A stretch of 64,000 bases of DNA from Eledone cirrhosa. Taxonomy: Eukaryota. The stretch is from the NCBI GenBank assembly GCA_964016885.1, contig OZ024747.1, forward strand, positions 59,768,001-59,832,000, given 5' to 3'. The stretch's first letter is position 1. Each line of letters starts with the position of its first letter. The notes under the pieces were generated by a model. The model did no database searches, was not told where the DNA came from, and saw only the letters and a list, made by a program, of their open reading frames with translations. Positions 26,357 to 37,154 of this stretch are shown one piece after another. The position numbers were made by a program, and so were the translations under genes.

Positions 26357-27160
26357 AATAATAATAATAATAATAATACGACTTCAGTTATACCATAAAC
26401 GTGGTTTTGTCTTTGCATGTAATTGTTCTCAACGCTCCACATAATGACGTATTATCCTCGTTTTTTCCGTTCATTGCCAGTGAATGTCTCCACGAACCAC
26501 CTAATAGAATATTAATCTACGACTTTATACCATAAACGTGGTTTTGTCTTTGCGTGTAATTGTTTTCAACGCTCCAAATAATGACGTATTATCTTCGTTT
26601 TTTCCCGTTCTTTGCCAGGGAACGTTTCCACGAACCAAAGTATCGTCTTCCTGTCTTCCTTCGGTTGCAACGTTCTTTGAAATATTTACTTCTGCGTTCA
26701 CAGATGGATTTTTTTTAGTTTCAGAAGATCCCGTTAAGAGTGAAAACAGTGATTCTTTGCTTAAACTTTAATCTGTTATTTTAATAAATATATATATATG
26801 GCGCATGGCTTAGTGGTTAGAGCATTGGGCTTGCAATCGAAAGGTGAGTTCAATTCTCAGACCGGGTGATGTGTTGTTTCCTTGAGCAAGACACTTTATT
26901 TCACATTGCTCCAGTTTACTCAGCTGTAGAATTGAGATGATAGGAACTGGATAGTCCAGGTGAAACTTGAACCATTAAGGTCTCATTCCTCGATATGTCA
27001 ATATTTATAAAACAAATTTTGTATTTTATCAGATGAGGGCGTACCAAAGTTTTGGTATCCTTGAAATATATATAATAGAATAAATATGGTTTTATAAATA
27101 TAGTCGCCATTTATTAATATCATTGATACAATAATATATATATATATATATGTATATATA

Positions 27161-28055
27161 CAGGGTGCGGACAATATTTGTTCGCAAGATTACTGTGTAG
27201 GAAAAAAATAACACAGTAGTTTTATTTTTTAACATATATTTAGCAAACCTGGGTCAGTTTGTCTTCATGACTTGTTCTTTCGATCTCACTCGATAAACCC
27301 GCCATTAGCTTTGATGATGGCCTCAAGGCGACCTTGAAACCAGCTACAAGCCTTCGTCACTTTCCCCCGACTTAGGCCCCTAAAGGCACTTGTGATCCTG
27401 GCCTTCAGATCGTCTTTCGTATTGCAGCTAGATCTGTCAGTGTCTCGTCCCACTGCGCCCCACACAAAGAAGTTGAAGGGGTTGCAGTCAAGCGAGCTGG
27501 GAGGCCAGATGTCAGGTGAAGTGTGGTCGATGAAGTTCTCTGACACCCAGGCTTGAGTCTTTCGGCTGGTATGGCAGGGCGCTGAGTCTTGCTACCACAC
27601 GTACAGCCTACCTGCAGCCTAATGAGCTTTTCATCCACGCCTTTCTCCCTTGCAATGGCACACATCGACTTGCTAGGTTCATTGTTGATGATATCCTGAA
27701 CTTCAGCGACGAACTCAGGCGTTCTGAAGGCGTCAGATCATCGATCATGTGTTTTCCTCTCTGATGTTGCTTCGTAGTCAAATCCTGAATCTTCCAATTC
27801 CTTTCTGACCTTTTCAACCATTCTTCTGACAAAGTCTGAAACTTACTTATTTGTCCTCCTGGCACGGATTCCAAGAAGAACTCCGTGTCTCTTCCACAAA
27901 TTTGGAGGTTCAAAATTATTCATAATCAATTATTCTGAAAATAAATAATGGAATATAGTCACTGTTTTTATGAAGACAAGAGTGACAACTGAAGTAAAAA
28001 AAATTTGCATAAAATTAGCAGTTGAAAATTGCGAACAAATATCGTCCGCACCCTG
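27161..28055 (-). mobile_element. Internally deleted Tc1/mariner transposon, DD37D (maT) type
   Basis: TA|CAGGGTGCGGACAATATTTGTTCGCAA ... TTGCGAACAAATATCGTCCGCACCCTG|TA; transposase W*QDSAPCHT...WPPSSLDCNPFNFFVWG with 37 residues between the second D and the third (mutated to N). Confidence 0.9.
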
Positions 28056-28526
28056 TATATGTGTGTGTCAGGGTTGCAGGTGTTATATCAGAGTTATCCT
28101 TCTCCTAGAATTCTGCCTTGACAAAGGCTAAGGGGTCATCTCTCCCTGTGATTTTGGATGGCCATTGACTCTTAAGAGCTCCTTTGCCCTTTGACAGCTA
28201 TCCAATGATGTTGACTTGTTCTTCTTTTTGGTAAATATCATCTTGGTTAAGAGAGTGGGACTGGCTTTGTGCAGTGCCTTTGCTCACTATAAAAGCTTCA
28301 CTGCACAGGCATTGCTTTATATCTGGAGATCTCTCTGCACTTGTCGTCACATGGTACCATGGGCCCAGCACTATGTGTCAATAATTGTCACAAGTGTAGT
28401 GTTTGTACCAGAGTTTTCAAGTCGTTGGCTGGACTAAAAAGCCACACTCGTTCAGCGCATCGGTAGGGGTTCTACTACATGGATATAAAGTAGTGGCCAT
28501 ACTCGAAAACGAGTTGGCAGCCACCA

Positions 28527-28875
28527 TGTATGTATATACATATATATATATATACATATGTTTGTATATATATGTATGTATATATGTATGTATATACATG
28601 TATATATGTATATATATACATGTATATATGTATATATATACATGTATATATGTATATATATACATGTATATATGTATATATATACATGTATATATATATG
28701 TATATATATACATGTATATATGTATGTATATATATATACATGTATATATGTATGTATATATATACATGTATATATGTATGTATATATATACATGTATATA
28801 TGTATGTATATATATATGTATATTCATACATATATATATATGTGTGTGTGTATATATATATATGTATATACATAC

Positions 28876-28906
<31 letters not shown>

Positions 28907-28912
28907 TATACT
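28527..28912. repeat. Compound (TA/TACA)n microsatellite
   Basis: Direct inspection. Confidence 0.9.
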
Positions 28913-30049
28913 TGTATGTCTCTCCCCCAACCACACTCCTCCACTCCACTTTGAACTAATGAAATATTGTCCATATATCACTATAATAAAGTTGATGACA
29001 ACTTGAACTGTTTTGGGTGGGGACATTTAATAATTACTTTCTTTGTTGTCTTATATTGCAACATAAAAGAATAATACAGTGACTTATTCTGCAGTAGCTG
29101 CTATATATAGTTCATGTTTTTTGAAAAATATTCATATTCCATTATTGAACTTCACATCAACAATGTTAGATATTAGTAATTTATTTATCCATCAATAAAG
29201 GAACGAGAAAATCGTTTAAGTTGACTAGAGGCAGCATTGGTTAAAAACAAGAAAGACCTCCAGTAATAAGATCTAATGCTGTTAATTAAAGGTTGCACTT
29301 CCACCTCCAGTTAGGCTGCCAGTTGTGTTGGTGGTGGTGACGATGTTGATATGAGTAATTTAGTGAATTTAAAGAACATAAATGGCAGTAATGTGAACGA
29401 TGGCCAGTTGACTAAAATAGACAAATCTTTTGAATCTTTTAACATAAGAATTTCCAGGGAGAATGTCGGATTTCTTGATCAATAATATGAAGTAGTAGCT
29501 ATTGGGAGCAAAACAAAACAATTATATTTTCTGCTAAAGGCAAATATGGTAATGAACTGAATGTTACCAATATTATATTTACTGGAAATGTCTTTGTGCT
29601 AAATTACATACCTTGTACCACAGTGTCTATACTATTGTTATTATTATTATTAGTAGTAGTATTATTCCATTCTGTGTTCATATTTCACCATAGTTGAAGT
29701 AGTTTTCCTCTTATTATGGTTTTATAACATAAGTTCCTGTGATATACATTGTTTTACTCACTTTGCTATTTTCCATTCCACCACAACATTGGTGCTGAGT
29801 CTAAACTGGAAAGAACTTTTTTTTCTTTTGTTTTATTAGATTTTGATAAGGTTGGACGAAATGTCTTGAAGTACATATTCCAGTTCCTTTCATTCTAGAA
29901 CTTATCTTATCCATCGCCCTTAGGCAAGACAGCAAGCACACAACTTCACATCAAAGTTTGTAGGTCATCCTTGTCAATTCCAGTGTCTCTTGCTGTGGTA
30001 TCCTGGTATATAAGCGTTCTGGTAGAGATCTCCCACAACCATCACATCT

Positions 30050-30270
30050 TTTGTGTTTGAGTGGAAGCAGTAACCAGCAAACCTTGTATGATCAACCAGT
30101 CGTGCACTTAGCTGTTGAACCTGTGGCAGTGAAGACTTCTGGTGTCCTTGGCTCTAGAGCCACCTCCCTACTCACCACCATCGGCACAGTGTTGGCTATC
30201 CACAGGTGTGAGCCTTGCAAGCTGGAATGGGGGAATGCCTTCTCTATTTTGTCTGCCGGGGTCATGGGGC
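30050..30270 (+). mobile_element. CRE-type non-LTR retrotransposon C-terminal relic
   Basis: EPVAVKTSGVLGSRATSLLTTIGTVLAIHRCEPCKLEW-GNAFSILS; homologous to the 4893-5065 relic, with an internal deletion. Confidence 0.55.
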
Positions 30271-32614
30271 GGCCAGCACATGGACTGCTATTTTCTCATG
30301 ATAGTAAGAGATGTGGAGAGCAGCAGAGACGGTGACACTGGGAGTTTAGTTCTTTTGTGTTTGGATCTTGTGTATATGTGTCATAGTTCTGTGATTATAT
30401 AAGAGAAGAGTGTTACCTCTTCTGATTTACTGGGAGATGGGTTTGCCAAGAAATATTTTGAATAAAGCCTATCCTTCTCTATGGTTCTGATACTTGGACC
30501 TTGCACTCCCATCTACAGAACCTTTCAGATGTTACACAACCCTTTCGGGAAAGGCATTCTAGATTAAAATCCTCTGGAGGTCAGCACTTTCACTGTTCCC
30601 GTGGTTCATAAATAAAGCATCAATCTATGACAATGAACTGACAGAATTGTTAGAGCATCAAATAGGATAACTTATGCTATTTGCTTTTGGCTGTTTGTAT
30701 TCTCAGTTTAAATCTTACAGTGGCTTATGTGAGTTGTAGACTTCATCCATTGCCTGGTTTAACACTATTACCTTTAGCAGAGTCCACTCTGTTGCAAGCT
30801 TTTGAACCAGGTTTCCCATTTCAGAACATCTTTTTTTCCTCTTATTAGGGGCTATGGAAAGGATCATAGGCACTGCCCTCCCTTACCTGACTAACCAATT
30901 AAAAAAAAAAAAAAGTTAATTTCCAAAATAAATAAATAGGATAAACATAGAAGAAGCAGGAAGATAATGATATAATTCTAAATTGATTTGAGTAACTAAC
31001 TGCTTAACAACATGGACATACTTGTGTTTCTTCCATAGACACAGTACAACAACATTAACAGTACAACTAATTTAAGTCCATTTTCTTTTCCACCAATGCA
31101 GTGGTTAGTCTTGTCTGCTTCATGCCAGCCTTTATACTCACCATGGGGTAATTTTCCAGACAGTGTTTTATGGCTGGATGCCCTCGCTGGTACCAACCCA
31201 TTTAGTCATCTCTTACAACAAGGTGTACCTATTCTTAACTAAATACATATAAATCATTCAGCTGAAGCAACAATTGTTTATATAGAAGTAGACTTGGTTA
31301 CTATAGATTTTAATCTCTATACAAATATTTAACTAAATACTAATGTTTAAGCACAAATATGACTACTTTAGTTTGTTTTGAACTCTAAGCCAATATAAAC
31401 ATATTATCATAGTGTTCAAATTAAACATGAGCACTTCATTTTCTTCAAACTGTGATGAAAATGAGACGTTCTTTCTAATCTTACTTTTCTTTTCACTAAA
31501 AGGAAATGCAATTTTTTTTTCACTGCTGTCTTGTATCTACAAGAATATTTTCAAATTAAATATCAGCTAGAACACATTATTGCTTAGACTGCTCTGTTTA
31601 TTTTTCTCTTCTTGATAATTAAATTTCTATTTTTTTTTTCTTGTATGGAATTGAATTTATGAAATAGAAAATACACATATGCTACAAATATAAGCTTATC
31701 TAGAAGTGTGAACTATAAGAATGATCTGAGTCTGAAAAATATATACATTAAAAACATAATAAGTCTTATACAAATTCAATAAGAGATTCAACTGACTTTC
31801 AGTGTAAAGAGATTTGAATAAATCTATTTCTTTATTGATCCCAAGGTTTAACATGTCAGTGGGTTACCACTTTTGAACTAGCTAATCTCATAATGAAATC
31901 CAATATATTATGCATGCATGCATGGACCTTTAACTCCTGCTAGAATCATAGGGACAGCATTGTTATATATAGTATATCTTGGGCATTTACACTTAGACCA
32001 TCCCTCGTTGGGTCTGAACTCTACCAATTTCTTCCAAAGAAGGAGCAGAGAGGGAGAGAGAGGAATCAACCCCTGTACTGGACTGATACTTTATTTATGA
32101 ACCTCAAAAAGATGAAAGGCAAAGTTGATGATGGCGGGATAAATAAATACTGCAAAGCATTCTATCCAATGTTCTAACAACTCTGACAGTTTACAGTTTT
32201 CCAATATATTATTATATAAACAATATTTGACATCTTGAACGCTTTTGATACCAAACCACCTGATGCAACAGGATAAAACACTCTTGAATCACACGATGAA
32301 CGTTCTCTGAACTTCCTTTCCATTTTTTTTTTTTTTTGTAATTTGGTAGACCCCAAGGACGTAGCAGTGACAGTGGCCTTCACAATTCCTTATGTCTTTG
32401 ATGTTTCACCTGGCTCTTTTGATATTAAGCCACCTGAAACTTTCATCATAACTAAAAATCTTTCATCATAATTTCATGTAAGAACCTTTATGCTCCAAGC
32501 ACCAGCTTAACTCTTTTGATACAACTGTTGGTTCCATGAAACAAAACAGCCTATTTTATAGGCTTTCTGTTTAAATTAAAACCTTCCAACACAATTTTAC
32601 TTTTATTATGTTAT

Positions 32615-32880
32615 ATGGTGAAATGGTTAGCACTCTGGACTTTGAAATCCAGCGATCCGAGTTCAAATCTTGGTGAGACCTACATTTAGGGTGGTTGATT
32701 GGCAGTATCGGTAGAGGGTCGGATGCCATGCTTTTCAGCAAAGAGTTACGTCCCTTTATAGTATAGTCTGAATTCAAATCCTGCCAAGGTTAACTTTGCC
32801 TTTCATCATTACGGGGTCGATAAAATAAAATATCAGTAATACACTGGGATAATTGCTGGCCTTGTGCCAAAAGTAGAAAC
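32615..32880 (+). mobile_element. tRNA-like head fused to a SINE family B copy
   Basis: tggtgaaatggttagcactctggac...gagttcaaatc, followed from about 32690 by a complete family B body. Confidence 0.7.
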
Positions 32881-35655
32881 ATCATCATCATCATCATCAT
32901 CATCATGTTTAGCGTCCGTGTTCCACGCTTGCATGGGTTTGGACGGGGGTTTTCCCACTTGAGGCAAGAGTGGTTGTCTTGCTCGCATAGGACTGTCTGG
33001 CGGGTTTTCTACAGTTGGATGCCCTTCCTAACACCAACCACATTTACAGTGTGGGGCTGGGAGGTTTTTACCGTGTTGCCTACACGGCCACATTACAGCG
33101 TGGACTGTCTGGCGGGTTTTCTACAGTTGGATGCCCTTCCTAACACCAACCACATTTACAGTGTGGGGCTGGGAGGTTTTTACCGTGTTGCCTACACGGC
33201 CACATTTACAGCGTGGACTGTGTGTTTTTTGTCGTGACACCTACACGATCTCATTTGTTTCGGCCTGGATGTTGTGGGACCAACATAACTTTACATTGAA
33301 AGGGGCGGTGTGGGTGGGGTGGAGGTGGTGGGACGGGGGTGTGTTTTGATAGAGGTGCCTACTGACTGTAGTAGGTTTTTACTTTGTATTTAGGTAAGGC
33401 GGGTCTTCTCTATTACTGAGTACCGCCAAAGGTCTCGGTCCAGTGACATTGTCTTGGAGAGGTGTAAGCGTGTGAGGTCGGAATTTATCAGCTCGTCCCA
33501 TGTTTTTCTGGGTCTGCCTACTCCGTGGCTACCGTCTATCTTTATTGCCCTGCACTTTGTTATACAGCTGTCGTCTTTCATGCGCATCACGTGACCGTAC
33601 CAACGTAGCCTTCTCTCGAGTAAACAACATCTGATCCCTCTTATTTCTAATTTTTTCCTTAGTTCGTTTATGCTTTGCCGTTCACGTATATTACTATTGC
33701 ACATCCAGCGGAGCATGCAAGCTTCGTTCCTCTCTAGTCTGCGTATATCCTCTGCACACAATGCCCAGGTCTCACTGCCATGCAGCATTGCTGTTCGTAT
33801 GCAGGCATCGTATAACCTGCCTTTCATTTTTAGGGAGAACCCTCTAGCGGCTAATAGTGGTATAAGCTCTCTGAACTTTTCCCATCCAGTTCTGACTCTA
33901 GCTACTGTACTTTCAGAGCACCCTCCCCCACTGCTGATTTTGTCACCCAGATAACGGAAGCTGTCCACTATTTCTATAGAACCCTCTGCGCAGTTGAAGG
34001 AGCTAGTATTTTGTGGGCACTTGCTGCTACTTATTGCACCAGAGCACCGGCCACATGTAAAATCTATGTTCTTAGTTAGCTTACCTGTGATCCCACTACA
34101 TCTTTTATGCACCCATACTTTGCATTTGGGACATAAAATGGAGTTTCTACCTACGCCTTTCCTACACACTGAGCATGGCCATTTCCCCGATGGGACCGCC
34201 GCCTTATTTTCTTTCCTACAAACTAGAACTTTAGTCTTAGCCAGGTTAATTTTAAGGCCTTTTGATTCTAGGCCGTGCTTCCACGTTTGGAATTTCTTCT
34301 CTAGTTCGGTCATTGATTCAGCTATGAGCGTTAGATCATCTGCGTATAGGAGTTCCCATGGGCAGCCGGTCTTGAACTCCTCTGTTATAGCCTGAAGGGC
34401 AATAATAAATAGTAGAGGGCTAAGTACAGAGCCCTGATGGACACCAACTTTTACGCTAAACTCTTCACTATATTCGTTGTTAATTCTAACCTTACTGACT
34501 GTTTCTTTATACATGGCTTGTATAGCTCTCACAAGCCATTCGTCAACACCTAGTTTTCTAAGAGACCACCAGATAATGGAACGGGGGACTCTGTCGAAGG
34601 CTTTCTCCAAGTCGACAAAAGCTAAGTATAGGGGTTTACTTTTAGCTAGGTACTTCTCCTGTAGTTGTCGTACAATGAAAAGAGCGTCTGTGGTACTTTT
34701 GCCTGACACAAACCCGAACTGCATTTCATCTAGATCAATTCTCTCTCTGATTAGTTGCGCTATTACTTTTTCCGTGACCTTCATGACCTGGTCGATTAAT
34801 TTAATGCCTCTATAGTTACTCCTATCTAGGGCATCTCCTTTTCCCTTATAGCAGTTAACGATGATGCTGCTACGCCATTCCTTCGGAACAACCCCATTCT
34901 GTACGACTTGGTTAACTATCCGGGTGACCATGGTGTGTCCCACCGAACCAGATGCCTTCAGCATCTCAGCAACTATTTCCGAAGGCCCAGCCGCCTTACC
35001 CGTCTTCATATCTTTGATTGCCTTACTTATTATACTACCTTCAACTAACACTGCTGGTCCCTCTATTGGATCGATCTGGGGGAGACTGTCTTTCTCCCAT
35101 TTGTTCTCCTCATTTAGAAGCCTTTCGTAGTGACACTTCCAAGCTACCTTCTTATCAGCGTCGGTGATGGCAAGTATGCCATCGTCGTTAAGTACACACT
35201 TCTCCCCGACAATATCACGGTTTTCCTTGACACATTGCCTAGCAATCCTGAACACCTCACGTTTTTGGTCCTCACGTTGTAGAACATGCTTGAACTTTCT
35301 TTCCTCTGCTTCCCTTCTTGCGAAGTACACTTGTCTCCTAGCTTCCCTCCTGGCCACTTGATAGTCTTCTCTACTTCCCCCATCCCGCCATACTTTCCAA
35401 GCCTGCTTTTTGGCCTTAATTGACTCCTCCACCTTACTGTTCCACCACCATGTTACTCTCCTCCTACCTACAGGCCTGCTCCAGCCACAGACTTCGTCTG
35501 CCGCCGTCAGCAGGTTTGCTCTCAGGAATTCCCACTGTTCCTCTATATTATACGACTCTAATTGCTCTTCCTTACTGTCGAAAGCGTCAAGTAATTTGCT
35601 TTGAAATTTATTTCTGGCTATGGGGTCCTTTAGCTTCCATATTTTTCTCCTGAGG
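32881..35655 (-). mobile_element. Young 5'-truncated RTE-clade LINE
   Basis: (CAT)n tail, ~0.5-kb 3'UTR, open frame from about 35654 (RRKIWKLKD...TWWWN) to the stop at 33390; the APE endonuclease is lost by truncation. Confidence 0.95.
33390..35654 (-). CDS. RTE ORF fragment: reverse transcriptase with inserted PHD-like zinc finger
   Basis: NYRGIKL, QFGF, FVDLEKAFDRVPR, GVHQGSVLSPLLF, LLYADD, KTKVL, CSVC-x10-CPKC-x4-HKRC...CGRC, FRYLG, RRLRWYGHV, GRPRKTW; no stops; start coordinate approximate because of truncation. Confidence 0.92.
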   Translation of the reverse strand, partial: LRRKIWKLKDPIARNKFQSKLLDAFDSKEEQLESYNIEEQWEFLRANLLTAADEVCGWSRPVGRRRVTWWWNSKVEESIKAKKQAWKVWRDGGSREDYQVARREARRQVYFARREAEERKFKHVLQREDQKREVFRIARQCVKENRDIVGEKCVLNDDGILAITDADKKVAWKCHYERLLNEENKWEKDSLPQIDPIEGPAVLVEGSIISKAIKDMKTGKAAGPSEIVAEMLKASGSVGHTMVTRIVNQVVQNGVVPKEWRSSIIVNCYKGKGDALDRSNYRGIKLIDQVMKVTEKVIAQLIRERIDLDEMQFGFVSGKSTTDALFIVRQLQEKYLAKSKPLYLAFVDLEKAFDRVPRSIIWWSLRKLGVDEWLVRAIQAMYKETVSKVRINNEYSEEFSVKVGVHQGSVLSPLLFIIALQAITEEFKTGCPWELLYADDLTLIAESMTELEKKFQTWKHGLESKGLKINLAKTKVLVCRKENKAAVPSGKWPCSVCRKGVGRNSILCPKCKVWVHKRCSGITGKLTKNIDFTCGRCSGAISSSKCPQNTSSFNCAEGSIEIVDSFRYLGDKISSGGGCSESTVARVRTGWEKFRELIPLLAARGFSLKMKGRLYDACIRTAMLHGSETWALCAEDIRRLERNEACMLRWMCNSNIRERQSINELRKKLEIRGIRCCLLERRLRWYGHVMRMKDDSCITKCRAIKIDGSHGVGRPRKTWDELINSDLTRLHLSKTMSLDRDLWRYSVIEKTRLT

Positions 35656-35790
35656 ATGTTATATATACCATATTGATATAATGAATAATTTTAAGTAAAT
35701 CCCTCTAAGTACTTCAATAACTGATCTGAATACAGTGTATTTCATAAGGTATATGGTAAGGAAAGAGTTGATAATGAGAAAGTTAGTTAA

Positions 35791-35997
35791 CCCTTTAGTA
35801 TTTACATCACTCAATATAGATATTATTGTATTTTTGTGGTAAAGTCTTTATCTCGTATAATATCGAATCTATGAAATTTTGGTATTTATTTTGAGAACAA
35901 TAACTTAACATCATTATGAGTGGCCAGTTATGGCTGGTTTGAACAGAAAGAGGTGAGAGAATTCTGGCCAGATACAGTTAGTTTAAATGCTAAAGGG
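35791..35997. mobile_element. TTAA-targeting MITE, same family as 2262-2465
   Basis: TTAA|CCCTTTAGTATTTA...TTTAAATGCTAAAGGG|TTAA. Confidence 0.85.
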
Positions 35998-36256
35998 TTA
36001 AATTATTAAATCCCTTGAAATTCTTGTTTATTTTTCATTAAAATTATGGTAACAAAAGTGTTAATAAAGAATCATTTTAACAAGGTAACTTATTGTGTAA
36101 TTCTATATTATAATTTATCCTTATTTAATCTGCTGTAGTCTTTGACAACAGAAATCTCCCCCCCCCCCCCCCCCCCCCACACACACACCTCTTTTAACAA
36201 TTTTAAGTCTCTGATTAGATGCCAAAAAATGAATTATTTTATTTGTAATTTTGCAG

Positions 36257-36382
36257 GTAGTGATTCTGAGAGTGGTGAGGAAACATTGGTGGGTAATGTT
36301 CATAAGTTGACTGTTCTTCCACAAGGATTTATTGGTAAACCAAAGCAAGGTCATTTGATATTTGATGCCTGCTTTGAAAGTG
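36257..36382 (+). CDS. AGBL4: Cytosolic carboxypeptidase 6 (AGBL4/CCP6) internal coding exon, 126 nt, phase 1-1
   Basis: ttttgcag|...|gtatgt; encodes SDSESGEETLVGNVHKLTVLPQGFIGKPKQGHLIFDACFESG, matching the vertebrate AGBL4 N-terminus as recalled (GNVSKYIVLPTGYCGQPKKGHLIFDACFESG). Confidence 0.93.
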
Positions 36383-36692
36383 GTATGTATTTAGTTTTCT
36401 TTTTTGATTCTTCTTAATAGTATTGTTTCAACTGTTTCAGTTGTAGGGTGGGGGGGGGGGAGGGGGTAACAATTGTATATAGAGGTGATACTGTAATAGT
36501 TGATATAATGTAAAAATAGTCTCAACTGAATATGTGTATATATATATATATGTACATCCCTGATGATCACATAGAAATGAAACAGTTATAGTGCTGTATT
36601 CATATATATATATATATATTAGCAAGGAAACCTTATGCTAGCAGGAAACCTTATACCAGCAGTGAAACCTTATGCTAGTCCCGGCAACTTCT

Positions 36693-36726
<34 letters not shown>

Positions 36727-37080
36727 ATAAGGAAAAGCGAAGTAGTTTCAGATGTTCAAGTCCTTTAATAATAATGCTGTGATATATATTTCAATGACGA
36801 CACTGGCCACACTGTTCTGTGTGCGAGTGTCGTGTCATCATCAGACAGCTTGTTACATAATAAGGTTGTTTCCGAGGCAATCCAAATTGAATCGACATGG
36901 GAACGGATGAAGTTCGTGCTTTTGGGTTTTTCATCCGTTCCCTTGTGAGTACCAATTCACCCCCACCGGTCTGTGCAAGTGCATGTCCGAAGGAGGTTGA
37001 CCATTAGCCACCGCAGGTTTCAATGAAATTCGCTGTCAGTTCACCCTCTCAGCCAAAACAATGGCCCAGCTATGCCCTAC
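36727..37080 (-). mobile_element. ~350-bp structured, hammerhead-bearing element between microsatellites (retrozyme- or PLE-terminus-like)
   Basis: More GC-rich, CpG-retaining island bounded by (TA/GA)n and (TA/TG)n; contains a hammerhead motif and a 13-bp perfect hairpin (36899-36942). Confidence 0.6.
36776..36849 (-). ncRNA. Type I hammerhead ribozyme motif with extended stem II
   Basis: Minus strand GCTGT-CTGATGA-tgacacgacactcgcacacagaacagtgtggccagtgtcgtcatt-GAAA-tatata-TC-ACAGC; perfect 5-bp stem I, palindromic stem III, UC cleavage site. Confidence 0.75.
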
Positions 37081-37081
37081 C

Positions 37082-37113
<32 letters not shown>

Positions 37114-37114
37114 A

Positions 37115-37154
<40 letters not shown>

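Noticed and set aside
32615-32680. tRNA gene
   Set aside because: A and B boxes are present, but the acceptor stem is poor and it runs into a SINE; treated as a SINE head
36142-36417. 91-aa ORF as a standalone gene
   Set aside because: Only 36257-36382 is exon; the flanks are intron read-through
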